IMG/VR virus record: IMGVR_UViG_3300026260_000015
Coordinates: 1 to 33,857 of that record
Strand: one strand, 5' to 3'
From: a virus
Taxonomy: Duplodnaviria; Caudoviricetes
Length of the DNA stretch: 33,857 nt
This document shows, in pieces, positions 8,391 to 20,400 of this stretch (positions within the stretch are counted from its first letter, which is position 1; each line of letters starts with the position of its first letter). The notes under the pieces are model-generated. The model was not told where the DNA came from and made no database searches. It saw only the letters and a program-made list of their open reading frames with translations. The translations under genes and the position numbers were made by a program.

Positions 8391-8911
8391 TGGCTATAAC
8401 TATTGCTAATTTAACTGCTGGTGTTGCTACAGATGCCAATAATGTAGTAACAGGTACCGGTATATTTGACGATATGATGGAAACTGTTAATGCGCATATG
8501 GCTGCCCAGTTTAATCTAGGTAGAATTACTGGTAGTGATTACGCGACAGTATATTTAACAGCTATACAGGCTACTGTGCAACAAGCTGTAGCTTATACAA
8601 TAGGCGTACAAAAAGGTAACGCTGAGGAATCTCTATTATTTCAAAAAGAGATCACAGAGTTTGCTCAAACTGAACAAGCAACTAAAACAGCCCCTACGGC
8701 TACTAGTGTCGTTGGTAAAGCAAATAGTTTAGTTACTGAACAGGCAAAAGGTTTTCAATGGAATGCAGATCAGAAATACCTTAAAACTCTCTTAGATGCC
8801 TGGGCTATTAATATTTCTACCGCAGGTACAGCTTCTACAGGCGTAAATGCCTTAAACACAACAGGTACAGGTAATATTAATACCCAAATAACTAACGCCG
8901 AGCCTACTTAA
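8390..8911 (+). CDS. Virion structural protein (N4 gp54-like, short form)
   Basis: GTGIFDDMM...HM..QF..GRITGSDYATVYL motif. TAATG coupling to the upstream gene. Confidence 0.8.
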   Translation: MAITIANLTAGVATDANNVVTGTGIFDDMMETVNAHMAAQFNLGRITGSDYATVYLTAIQATVQQAVAYTIGVQKGNAEESLLFQKEITEFAQTEQATKTAPTATSVVGKANSLVTEQAKGFQWNADQKYLKTLLDAWAINISTAGTASTGVNALNTTGTGNINTQITNAEPT

Positions 8912-8925
8912 TAGGAGGGCGTTTA

Positions 8926-11745
8926 ATGGGTTTTATTGCTAATATTTTTTCAGCAATAGTAGATGTTATTGTATCAATAGTCGAAACTGTTATACAAATA
9001 GTTGAGGTAATTATACAAGCCATCATGGTGCTACTTGGTTTTGATGGTGGAAGTACCCAAGTTATTGAATACTTTGAAGTACATAATATCCCTCTGTTTG
9101 AAGATGTAGATAAGAAGAACCCCCTCCTAAATTCACTTATCCGTAGTATTTTAAACAATCAAGATCTTATCAGTAATCTTATTTATCACAGTGTATTTCG
9201 TAGTCTTAAGGGTAATGTACAAGATTTTATGAATTTTATAGATAATGGGAATTATTTCGAAAATTTCCCTACTGTAGAATCCTATATTTTAACTATAGAT
9301 TACACTGAGTTAACAGCTGCATTAAATACTCTCAACGGTGTTCCGTGTACTCCTGAAGGTTCTTATTTAAGAGCATTGTCAAAAGTTGATTGGGCTAAAT
9401 ACTGGCTTCAAGAGAATGCAGGATATAACGTAGGAACTAACACAATAGGAGTAGATCACTCTACAACGAGTACTAGTCCTATTACCCCTGCTACAGATAC
9501 GGTTACAGTAACCCCATCTCTTAATCACTTTGATATTGATATAACTAGTGAAATAGCTACTGAAGATGAAGTATTTGCTGATGAACGATGGCAAGCTGAT
9601 CTTAATACAATTGTTTATAATTCAGGACTGGATACCTATACAGTTGAAGTATACAATGCAGCAACTGTTGGGGGTATAACTAGAACCTACACAGCACCTA
9701 CTAAACCTACTCAATTACACTACGTTTCCTTTTATTACAGAGACAGTGCTCCTTCTAGGCAATACCTATTTATATATCAAGCAGGATCGGGAACATATAC
9801 TGATCTAGATACTATAGAAGAACCTATTGATATAGACGGTGCTACTATTGAAGCACTTCCTTGTGTTCCACTAAGACTAAGTAATTCTAATTACACTACT
9901 TTTGGGACAACTAAAAAGGATCAAATTGAAGACTTACTAGATATAATCCATTTAGATGCTGAAACAGTTCTTGATACGATTTTAGAGGAATCAGGTATTC
10001 CAGGGGGGGATTTAGATCACATTTATGTGAACTTTGGTGTACGAATGTGGGATACCTCTCAGGCAGGAATGTCGTACCTGTTCACCATGTTTGAAAATTT
10101 ATATCCTGCACAGGGAGTTACACAAGGTACTTACAATGATTCCCCAATAGGAGATGACAAACCACAGAATAATATATTAATTACAACAGATGATAATAAA
10201 TTAGCGTACCAATGGTCATATATTACATTCGAACACACTAGCTTAGCTACTATTGATGCAAATAGTGGAAGTGTTGAAAATGGCATATATTATTCAGATA
10301 TGTCTAAATTCGATTCCTCTAATATTTTAGTATATAACTATTACGTTTCTTCTGGAAAAGGGACCTATAACGTAGGTTATAAAGCAGATGATCTGGATGA
10401 AGTACAAGATTTTCTAGACGGCAATGGTGTACCTAATCCAGGTACTACTAGCGGAGAAGCTACTAATTGGTTACAAGTAACTACCCGCCTTTCTTATAAT
10501 AATCCCAGTCCTGTTTTACAAGAAGCAGATGGTTCTACTGCTGATTTAAAACATTTAACCCCTGATTTAGTATATGAAAATAATGGTTCAGGCGTATTAC
10601 GACTAGTCGAATCAGCTTCAGATGAAACAACCGTAGGACAATCAATTACTTACTATTGTTGTAAGCCTTCAGGACTAGATGCCTATACAGTAGTTGCTCC
10701 AATTTCTACTTGTAGAGTTGTTGATGGGTCTAGCGGGCATTTTAGAGTAGTTAAATTTAATCTTGGGAATAAAGGGGATTTAATGGTCCCATTTATTCAT
10801 ACTTTTATCAAAGACTTATCCAATGATAGAGTTAGTAAACTCTTTTTAGCAGGAGCTCACGCATCCATATATGTAGCTCATTATGAAGTTATTGTGCACG
10901 AAGGCATGAGTTTTCTTCAAGCTCTGGTAATTATTGTTATTGTTGTAGTTATAATAGTGTTCGCACCGGAAATTGCAGCTTATTTAGGAGAGACATTAGG
11001 AAGTACTTTAGCAGGTCAGATAGTTACAGCTATAGGAGCAGGGGCATCTTTAGGTACTATTGCAGGTATTATACTTGCAGCATTACCTGGCTTACTTTTT
11101 GATTTCGTTGTTCAAATAGCTATTCAGATGATTATTACAGAAATAGCTGGAGATAATGAAGGACTAGCAATGCTTCTTAATTTAGTTGCTATGGTAGGTA
11201 TGTCCGCATACCAGGGTAATGTTACATATGGATCAGCTCCAAATACAGCACCAGTAGGTAGTTATGGAAATACAGGAGGCTGGCAAATAGGACAGGGAGG
11301 AGGTAGTTTAAATACAATTTCTTCAGGTGGGTCTATAAATCCTCAAGGATTTCAGTTTACTAATATGACATCCTTTAATTTTAGTAATGTTTTAAATCCT
11401 ATGAATCTTACAAAGATTGCTATGGCAGCTTTAAAAGGCATAGGATCTATGTCAAGTATGAGTGTTAATACATTAGCTGAAGAAATGTCTGCAGAAAGAG
11501 CTGCTTGGAATAGAGAAAGACTAGGATTGCAGAGTGAAATCGATGCAATAAAAGATTCTACTGATGTATATTCAGGTAATGATCCTCTCAGAGCTCCTCT
11601 TGGAACAATGAATAAAATGAAAAATACACGATTATCAGGAGAATGGTTTTATAGAGCAACAGTAACTGATTGGCATGCAATGAATACTCTAGCTCCATTC
11701 ACTGATCCATTCGCTTTAGATCACTATAGTTCTATATATGGATAA
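8926..11745 (+). CDS. Large virion protein (N4 gp53-like) with hydrophobic N-terminal helix and C-terminal membrane segments
   Basis: 939 aa, AGGAGG SD. PCVPLR and DLDHIYVNFGV motifs. Several long hydrophobic stretches at about 10907-11210. Syntenic position. Confidence 0.75.
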   Translation: MGFIANIFSAIVDVIVSIVETVIQIVEVIIQAIMVLLGFDGGSTQVIEYFEVHNIPLFEDVDKKNPLLNSLIRSILNNQDLISNLIYHSVFRSLKGNVQDFMNFIDNGNYFENFPTVESYILTIDYTELTAALNTLNGVPCTPEGSYLRALSKVDWAKYWLQENAGYNVGTNTIGVDHSTTSTSPITPATDTVTVTPSLNHFDIDITSEIATEDEVFADERWQADLNTIVYNSGLDTYTVEVYNAATVGGITRTYTAPTKPTQLHYVSFYYRDSAPSRQYLFIYQAGSGTYTDLDTIEEPIDIDGATIEALPCVPLRLSNSNYTTFGTTKKDQIEDLLDIIHLDAETVLDTILEESGIPGGDLDHIYVNFGVRMWDTSQAGMSYLFTMFENLYPAQGVTQGTYNDSPIGDDKPQNNILITTDDNKLAYQWSYITFEHTSLATIDANSGSVENGIYYSDMSKFDSSNILVYNYYVSSGKGTYNVGYKADDLDEVQDFLDGNGVPNPGTTSGEATNWLQVTTRLSYNNPSPVLQEADGSTADLKHLTPDLVYENNGSGVLRLVESASDETTVGQSITYYCCKPSGLDAYTVVAPISTCRVVDGSSGHFRVVKFNLGNKGDLMVPFIHTFIKDLSNDRVSKLFLAGAHASIYVAHYEVIVHEGMSFLQALVIIVIVVVIIVFAPEIAAYLGETLGSTLAGQIVTAIGAGASLGTIAGIILAALPGLLFDFVVQIAIQMIITEIAGDNEGLAMLLNLVAMVGMSAYQGNVTYGSAPNTAPVGSYGNTGGWQIGQGGGSLNTISSGGSINPQGFQFTNMTSFNFSNVLNPMNLTKIAMAALKGIGSMSSMSVNTLAEEMSAERAAWNRERLGLQSEIDAIKDSTDVYSGNDPLRAPLGTMNKMKNTRLSGEWFYRATVTDWHAMNTLAPFTDPFALDHYSSIYG

Positions 11746-11748
11746 GGA

Positions 11749-11777
11749 TAGACAATTAAGATAAATATAGGTAATAT
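11749..11777 (+). promoter_or_regulatory. Putative sigma70-type late promoter
   Basis: TAGACA (11749-54), 17 nt, TAATAT (11772-77) in a 71-nt intergenic gap, followed by an AAGGAG SD. The AT-rich context lowers specificity. Confidence 0.45.
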
Positions 11778-11816
11778 TACATACTATATTAGTAGTAGTA
11801 AATAAGGAGATAAATT

Positions 11817-12395
11817 ATGGCACCCCCATTAACATGGCAACAAAGAAATCCTGGAGAGAATAGAAGTTATAGTGCAGTGAACGATCCAGAGTGGCAAGCT
11901 AAAGCATGGCGACAGTTACAGCAAGGTTCAAGTCCTAGCGTACTTAGTAGAGTGCAAGGAACTGCTGGTATGAGTGATGGAAGTTATCTTAATCCTCAGC
12001 GTTTTGCTAATATATGGAGTCCTCGTAATCAATCACGTTTTAATAGTAATCCAGGTGATCCTGGTTTTGATCCTTTACCAAAAGATAAAGGTTGGCTTGG
12101 TGATCTTGGAGATTGGGCAGGAGGAAATGTTGGAACCATACTTGATGCACTTGGAACAGGGTATGATATATGGCAAAATGAAAGTTTCAAAAAACCTATG
12201 ATGTTAGAAGAACATAAAAGAGCTGGGGAATTGCATGGTATGAATATGGATACATTAAGGTATAATTTAGCAGGCGCAAAAAGAGATGAAGGAAGAAATG
12301 TGCAAAACCAAGTACGTCTTTGGAATAACTTGAGTCGTAAAGAGGGTGAAGCGGAAAGAACCATTGATAATTGGACTCCAACAACTTACGCTTAA
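11817..12395 (+). CDS. Putative ejection/internal virion protein (N4 gp52 position)
   Basis: 192 aa, Gly-rich amphipathic segment GWLGDLGDWAGGNVGTILDALG, no Cys seen. Called mainly from synteny. Confidence 0.65.
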   Translation: MAPPLTWQQRNPGENRSYSAVNDPEWQAKAWRQLQQGSSPSVLSRVQGTAGMSDGSYLNPQRFANIWSPRNQSRFNSNPGDPGFDPLPKDKGWLGDLGDWAGGNVGTILDALGTGYDIWQNESFKKPMMLEEHKRAGELHGMNMDTLRYNLAGAKRDEGRNVQNQVRLWNNLSRKEGEAERTIDNWTPTTYA

Positions 12396-12404
12396 GGATT
12401 TATT

Positions 12405-14369
12405 ATGGCCTATAGAAATGCAGCAAAACAAGTATCTGCAGCAAACCCCGCTGGTACATTAAGCGTATCACGACAAATTCTTGGTGATCTTATAGATCTA
12501 GATGAAAAAAATGCAGCAGGTCTTAAAGGATTTGCTAATAGACAAAAAGAGAGAACTACACAAAATTTACTTGGTGAGATGCAAGCTGTTAATACTGGAA
12601 ATCCTATGCAGGATGAGCAGATACGTCAGACTCTGTTAAAAGACAGAGGTATAGGTCTTTTTGACATGGGAAAAATTAATCCAGCAATGCAAAAATTTAG
12701 AACAGAAGGTCAAGAGGATTATTTAGAAGATGTAAAAGTAAAAAATAAACTTCTAAGCGAAAGCCATAAAAAGATCGAACGAGAACAAGCATTTGATCTT
12801 AATAAACATATGCCTGGAACACCTGAGTATGAACAGGCATTATCAGGAATAACACAATATAATCTTCAGAATGATGTTACAGCTCCAGGAATGACAGCTG
12901 CTTATAAAAATTTAGCTGATCGACACAATTTTGTTCTTTCACCTGAGACTATTACTCAAGGAGTTGGTGTTGAAAGTCTTGGTGAAGATGGCAGTATATT
13001 AGTTAAAGAAAATTTTACCCCAGATAATTACGAGAAAACAGTTCAAATTGCTGAAGCTAATATAAGAGAAAGATTTCCTTTCCTGAAAGATCAAGCAGCA
13101 ATTAGAAGTAAAGCTGAAGCAATGATTAAGAACTCTCGGTATGGTCCTGAGTTTGCACGTCAAGGAGCATACACTGCGGGAGATAGGGAGATAAATACTT
13201 TAGGAAATAATTTAGACGCTTCTATGCTTACGAATAATTCAGTAGCAATTAATAGAGACGTAAATGCATTACTAAGTCATTTCAGAAGAAACAAAACATC
13301 TAAAGAAGTTAAGGAACGCTATACACCGCAAATAATGCAAGCATTAAAGAGTACAGATATAAATCCTGGAAGTGGTTTAGGCGGCAGATTTGGTGAAGCA
13401 AGAACATTATTTAATAGAATAATACCTACGGTTACAAGAACTAGAGCTGAAGATGGGCCTGATTGGAAAAAGGGAGATAAATACGAAGTATCAGGAATGG
13501 ATCAAATTAATAATCTTGTTCGAGGAGGAGAAGTACCTGTTGGGATTCAAGCACGATTTAAAGATGCACTACGTAAAGTGTATAGAGATAAGTTTAACCA
13601 AGGATTACCTGATGAGCTTTTAGATCGACAAATAGATAATATTATTAATGGAGATACAAATTTAAGTACTGCTTTTGCAAGAGGCCAACGAACAGCTCAA
13701 GTTAGAACAGAACATGAGGAAAAGAAAATTAAAGGATTATTAGATTTTAAAGGCCGTCAAATAGATAGACTAATTTCTCTTAGAAAAGAAGAGGGGTTAA
13801 CAAATACTATTAATCGTGAATTATTAGAGAAATGGGAGAAAAAAGGATACTTGAAAGGTGATGTTAGTGGAACGGCACTTATAGGTCCAAATGAAGAATA
13901 CAAACTTGGCGTACAAGTAAGTGAAGTAACTGATAAGCTTAATAATTTCTTCTTAGATGAGGACGGGAACGATCTATTATCCAAGGAAGCACGAGATGCG
14001 TATTTATTAACAGTAAGACGTATGTTAGTAAATAATGTTCATATAGACCCAGATACTATGACTAGATTTCTTGGGGACAAGCCGGATTTTATTCTTACAC
14101 GTAAATGGTCTGATATGGGTGGGGATAATATAAGAAAACTCATACAATTATTTAAACGAAATATACCAGACCATAGAAGATCTGTAAGTTCTAAAGATGG
14201 AAATGCAGCATTTGATATTAAACGGGGAGCTAAAGACTTAGAAGAAGCTTTGGCGTATAAAGCTAAACAATTGAGAGATTGGCAAGCTGCAAATAAAGGA
14301 AAAGCGCAACCTACCATGGGTAATCCTTTTTCTGAAATTATAATGTCATTCATGGCAGCTACAAAGTAA
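12405..14369 (+). CDS. Putative ejection/internal virion protein (N4 gp51 position)
   Basis: 654 aa, helical, no Cys seen, directly upstream of vRNAP. Size and position match N4 gp51. Confidence 0.65.
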   Translation: MAYRNAAKQVSAANPAGTLSVSRQILGDLIDLDEKNAAGLKGFANRQKERTTQNLLGEMQAVNTGNPMQDEQIRQTLLKDRGIGLFDMGKINPAMQKFRTEGQEDYLEDVKVKNKLLSESHKKIEREQAFDLNKHMPGTPEYEQALSGITQYNLQNDVTAPGMTAAYKNLADRHNFVLSPETITQGVGVESLGEDGSILVKENFTPDNYEKTVQIAEANIRERFPFLKDQAAIRSKAEAMIKNSRYGPEFARQGAYTAGDREINTLGNNLDASMLTNNSVAINRDVNALLSHFRRNKTSKEVKERYTPQIMQALKSTDINPGSGLGGRFGEARTLFNRIIPTVTRTRAEDGPDWKKGDKYEVSGMDQINNLVRGGEVPVGIQARFKDALRKVYRDKFNQGLPDELLDRQIDNIINGDTNLSTAFARGQRTAQVRTEHEEKKIKGLLDFKGRQIDRLISLRKEEGLTNTINRELLEKWEKKGYLKGDVSGTALIGPNEEYKLGVQVSEVTDKLNNFFLDEDGNDLLSKEARDAYLLTVRRMLVNNVHIDPDTMTRFLGDKPDFILTRKWSDMGGDNIRKLIQLFKRNIPDHRRSVSSKDGNAAFDIKRGAKDLEEALAYKAKQLRDWQAANKGKAQPTMGNPFSEIIMSFMAATK

Positions 14370-14405
14370 TTTCATTAACTACAAAGATATGATTGATATA
14401 ACAAT

Positions 14406-17400
14406 ATGGCTAATGGAAACGGTACACTTAATCACGCAGAAACTATACAAGCTTTAACAGAATTTAATAACCCTCCTAATGGTAATGGTCAAAATACAGT
14501 AGTAACTCCTTCTCGGCATGATATATCTAAAGCACGAACTTTAGAGAATAAAGCTCTTGCTATACAAAAGCTTCAACAAGCTGAAACATTAAGACAAGCG
14601 AATGAAGCTTTTAATAAAACCCTATCTACAATACCCCAAATATCCCTACCTGATTCAGGCTTTCAATTTAGAGAAGAACCAAGTACTGAAGAACTACCTA
14701 CTGTAGATCTTCCAACAGCACCTACAAAAGAGGATATGCTGAAGCCTTTAGGTCCACAACCACCAGATCCTGCCTTGGTACAACTAGCTGATCAAGCGGC
14801 ATTAACTAATAATGTTCCTCAAGCCATATTCAAACAATTAATTGAACAAGAATCCTCTTGGAATCCTAGAGCAAAATCAAATGCGGGTGCTATGGGTCTT
14901 GGTCAATTTATGCCAGATACTGCAACTAAAGATATGGGGCTTACTTTAGATGAAGAGGGTGGACCCGGATCTGTTTGGCATCCTGAATCTAATCTGAATG
15001 CTTCCGCAAAATATTTAAGAGCAGGTTTTGATAGATATATTAAACAAGGTTTTTCACCAACTGAAGCATGGAAAATATCTGCTGCAGCTTACAATGCAGG
15101 AATGGGTAATATTACTAACGCAATGAAACGAGTTAGTGGTCCTGTCAAAAGCTGGGAACAAATTGCAGCAGTTTTACCTCAAGTTACAGGAAAAGATAAT
15201 TCTACTCAAACTATTGACTATGTTGATAAGTTAACGGGAAGTATTACGTCTTCTATAACTGATACCGCTGATATAGAACGTCAAAACATTGAGAGAACTA
15301 AACGTCAAGAAGAGCTAGTTCCTGATGAACCTGGAGCATTAGCAAAATTAAGTGACAGCATAACTAATTTTTCAAAGAGTCTTATACAAGCTACTAATAA
15401 AGCTGAGCTTAATATTACTGAATTTGCTAAATCAGTTATAAAAAAACATGGTAAGAAATTAGGTATAAGTTGGGACTCAAATAAACCAGATAATTCTGAA
15501 GGAAATAGAAAAGCAGTTGAGCAATGGGTAGAGAATTATGGACCTGAATTCGGAGTAAGTCTTAAATATCCTGATACTAGTATTGATGCAGAAAAGCAAC
15601 ACGAATTAGCTGTACAAGCTGAGCGTCTATTAGAGTTCAAAAAGAAAATGCAGGACTCAACATTAAATAGACCTCAAATAGTAGCTTTAGGTCATGAATT
15701 AGCTGCTCCAAGTAAAGAACCCGCGAAAAGTCAAATAGGAACTCCTACCGAAAGAGCTGATGCTGCTGATCTAGCTGCTCAAGATAAAGAAAATGATACA
15801 GCTAGACTAAGAGCGCTACAAGATACAGCTAAATTTCAAAGTGATAGAACTATACTTGATGTTGTTGGTGATGCTTATAATAAGGCAGGAGATCTTGCGA
15901 ATAAGGCTTATGATGCCGTAGTCGGGTCATCTTTAGTAGAATCAGAAGAAGAAGCTATTACAAGACAAATAGAACCTCGTAGACCTCCTACCAAAGGTCC
16001 TGATCAAGCCATAGATGTTATAGAACAAAGCATTACTGGAGATACATATTCCGATCCTTTAGATATCGGAGGTATTGATTCAGGTCTTGGTGATCTTAGT
16101 TCGTCTTTAGATTCACTGGATGACGCATTAGGACCTACTACTTTAGAAGGATCTGCTGAAAAAGTAACTAGAGGACCTGAATTTACTGAACCTTCTAAGA
16201 TTAAACGACAACACGGAAGAGTAATTGAATACGAGGATGGTTCTTGGGGAGTAAAAGGATTTGGTGGGTCATCAGATTTAGTAGGACTAAAAAAATATGA
16301 TGCTTTGGCGATAGCTGCTTTTGAAGCTGCAAATTTTAAAGGTGTAAGAGAAGGTGCTCCTCAACCAGGTACAATAGGAGCAGTTACTAATCAAACAATA
16401 GCCAGTCTTATAACTCCTGTTGCAAGTGTATTTCAAGGATTTACAGGTCCAACAACTTTAACAGAATTAGCTGATGATAACGATCTTACCCCTGAAGACG
16501 TACAGCGGTATAAAGCTATTCAAAAAAGCACTACCTTATCTGCTGAACAACAAAGATTTATAAATAGTGAAAACTATAAATTACTTGCTAGGTTAGATTT
16601 AAAAGCTAAAGAAAATCAAAAAGAATCTGATTGGATTGAAGAATTCGCTGAAGAACAAAAAGGTAAATGGCCGGTAAATAGAGAAAATATGGCAGGTGCT
16701 ACTGCAGCCTATAAAGCAATTGCAGAGAGTAAAGGTGCACTTGAAGCTCTTATATATACTTTAAAGAATGATAAATCAGCAATGGCTGCGCATGGTTGGG
16801 ATAGTGTTGGGTACACTATTGCTCTTACTGCTGGTTCTATTCCTGTACAACTAGGTATGTTTGTTGCTTTAGCTAATGGAATGGCTCAAGACAGTATTAG
16901 AGAATGGAAGCAAAAACATAAAGGAAAAGAGCCATCTGCAGAAGTAATTCGAGATATTAAAATGCTATCTGCTGCTCGACTAGTTGTTGAAAAAGCAAGT
17001 GCAGGACTACTAACTAAATATATCGGGCAAATCCCTGGATTAGGAGGAACAGTTATATGGGCTAAGAAGACCCAAGAAGCAATAGCAAAAACAGTTAATC
17101 CTACAGTTCGTGAGTTAAGTGGTTTTACCGGAAAATACGTTATTACACCTACTGCTAAGACTATTAAAGCAATGGGAGCTGAGGGATTGCAAGAATTAAC
17201 TGATGAGTATATTTCAGGTGTAGCACTCAAAGATCCTGAAAATTTAGAAGGTAGATCACGATGGACTGCTAATCCAAGTGATTTAGGTCTAAGTTTTGTT
17301 CTTGGATCGTTTGGAATATTTAGCACAGGTGCTGGAGTAAAAGCCGTTGATCTGACAACTAAAACAGCCATAGGTATTGGTAGTGTAATAACAAGTGAAT

Positions 17401-20400
17401 CAAAAGCAGCACAACATAATCGGTTATGGGCAATAAAACTTGATACAGAAATAGAAAATATAACGAGTAAATTACAAAAAATTGAAAATTACAAGAAGAC
17501 TGATCCAAAAATTGCAAAAGAATTAGAAACTATTAATGCAGAGATAAGAGACCTATCAGATATAGATCGTGAAGGAGCAGAAATAGGACCTAATGGAGAA
17601 TTAGTAACTGATAGTACTTATATTAAAGAAAATTTTTTAGCATTAAGTTTACAAATTGAAAGAGGAGAGCTAACTCCACAAGAAGCTCTTGAACGAGTTG
17701 TATCTGATTTAGAAGCGGAACTGTCTTCTAAAATGGAGACACGAGATAATTTAGCAAGTCAAATACCTAAAGCTTTAACATTTGGAGAAACTGCTGCAGG
17801 TCTGACAGATATAGGAACACTTAAAAGCGCTCTAGCTGATATTAAAGCACTTGAACAAGAAACTGAATTATCTGAGGAACAAGAAGCTCAATTAAGTGGG
17901 CTTCGTAAAGAAGCAGAACGACTTAGAAACAAATTAAAACAACCAGCTAATCCAGAAATAACAGAAACAGAAGTAGCTGGATTAAAAGCTGCTCTTAAAG
18001 AAGTAACAGAATTTAGAGACACTAAAGCTTATGAAGTAAATTGGAGAAATGAGCCAATAAGTCAGCTAAAAGAAAAAACTAAAGAAAAAGTAAAAAAAGA
18101 TAACACTATAACAGATGAAAAATTTGAGGAAGGATTGAAGGGAGTAGGAGTTGTCGATGGTGCAATCACATTAGAAATGAAAGTACCACAAGGAGAAATG
18201 GAAGTTGAAACAGGTGATTTAAATTATGCTAATTTTGACCCATCAGGAGAGTGGAGAGTAGGAGATATTGTTACTATAAAGGGTTCAAAAGATCCTAAGA
18301 TACAAGAAGCTCAAGGATTTACTATAGAATATATATTAGCAGAACAAGTAAGAGATGGAAAAATTCATGTAAAACTTAAAGGACTATCTGAAACTGTTCC
18401 GATAGATCAATTAGAAGAAGTAGTTGAACGTACTGATAGATCACCTGAAACACCAGCAGAGCGTTTAGAAGTATTAAGTAAAAAAGATCTAACTGATGAA
18501 CAAAGAACTAAACTTCTTGCTGCATATGGCAAAGAGATAGATGCTCTTAAGAAAAAGTTAAATATAAAAGTACAGAAGCTGGGGTCTATTGAAAGCTTTG
18601 AGAATATAGATAAAGAATCTGATGATAGTGTAGATAAAAAAGCTAATGATTCTTCTCTTCCTCCAGCTAAACAACAGTTTTATAAAGATGTAGTTGCCCT
18701 CCGTAAAGCAAAAGCTATAAGAGCTCAACAAGAGAGTCTAAATCCTAAATTAAAGACACTAGCAGGAGTACACGGTGAGATTCTTCAAGGTGAATCTAAA
18801 CAGTGGAAAGGCCTATACTCCTACTACACAGATCTAGTAAACGCTTACACAAAATTTAAAGGTGACAAAGTATTACGTGATCAAAGTGTTGATACTATTC
18901 TTTCACGAATGGAGACCCATTCTACTAATTTAAATAAAAAATTAGATAAGTTTAAAGAAGCTAGAAGCATAATGGGCACTGTTCCCCCTGGTAAGGTTGC
19001 TGCTGTTGTCGGTACATCTACAAGAACTGATAGCGGTATGAGGACTATGAGATATAACGTAGTCACAAATATGACAGAAGCAGAAGTTAAAGCAGAGCAA
19101 GATAAAGGTAAATTCATTACACAAATTGATCAAAATTCTGACAGCTTAATTAGGACTCTTGAACAAGAAGCAACATACGGAAATTATATTATGGGAGTAG
19201 TTAGGGGATATGAGAAATCTCCCATGAAAGGACAAGTTTCTGACCAAGAATTAAGCATTGAAAAGCATGAAGAAGTTCTTAGAAAATTAACACAAGCTAG
19301 AGACGGTATTGAAAGAGTTATTAAACCAATTTCAAAAGAAACTATAAAAGGTATTGGTGTTCCTAAAGGTGAGGAAGCTCCTCCTACTGGTGAAGCAGCT
19401 CCGCCTACTCTTGACAAACAATTAGAAGACACTGTAAAGAGGGCTAATGAACTTGCTGATAAAAAAGGAAAAACTAAGGAGGAGTGGAATGAACTTAATA
19501 AACTTGGCATCAAAATGCGAAGTCTCAACGAACAAATCGAAAAACGTGACGCTGAAGGTAGAGAGCCTGAAGGAGAGGATATTCCACCTGAAGGTCCTCC
19601 TCCAGTTTCTGATGAAGCTCCTCCTGTTGTGCGAACGCCTTCTGAACAAGAAGCCAGGGAACAAGGAGAAGCAGATACATTTATAGGTCCCAAACCTTTA
19701 CAGACATTTATTGAGGGAGCTACACAGATCTACAGAAATGTTGTAGGACGAGCATTAGATATAGTTCTGGGATTAGCAGGTGCAACATTCGCTGATTTGA
19801 TTCAAATAGGTCCTCTGAAGAAAGTTAAAGGAATAAACACCCTCCAAGATATCGATTTTAATAATGATAAAACGCTGACTGCTGCACTTATTGATTTAGG
19901 CGTAAAACCAGAAACAGCTAGCGTATTAGTTGGAGCTTTTAATTCATTTAAAGCTAGATACGATAACATAATTCATGATGAGATACGTTTTGATGACGAA
20001 GTATTTTTAGTAGAAGATGGGAAAACAGTATCAGATACTCTTTACACAATTGTAGATGGTGGTCTTCATGTAGAAAAAGGAGGAGCATATAACGTCAAAG
20101 GTGACTACACAAAGATAATAGATGCCGATAAAAATGAGAAGGTAGTTCTTACAAGTGAACTAGTAAATGCCAGAGTTGATGCTCTTAATAAGCCCCTAAG
20201 TCTATTACTCAGAGATGATCCTAAAAATCCTAAGAACACTCAAGGCAGATTACCTGATCAAATAGTATTTACAATGATGTTAAGTAATCTGATATTTAGA
20301 CAACAAACTCCTAATAATAATAGATGGGGAGATAAAGATTTTGCTAAACAATCTTTCTTATTTGGAGGAGATAATAAAACTCTTAATGATACCGAGGAAG

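Noticed and set aside
16105-16125. LDSLD in vRNAP as an ACP-like phosphopantetheine site
   Set aside because: It sits in a low-complexity Ser/Asp/Gly linker without the ACP helical context.
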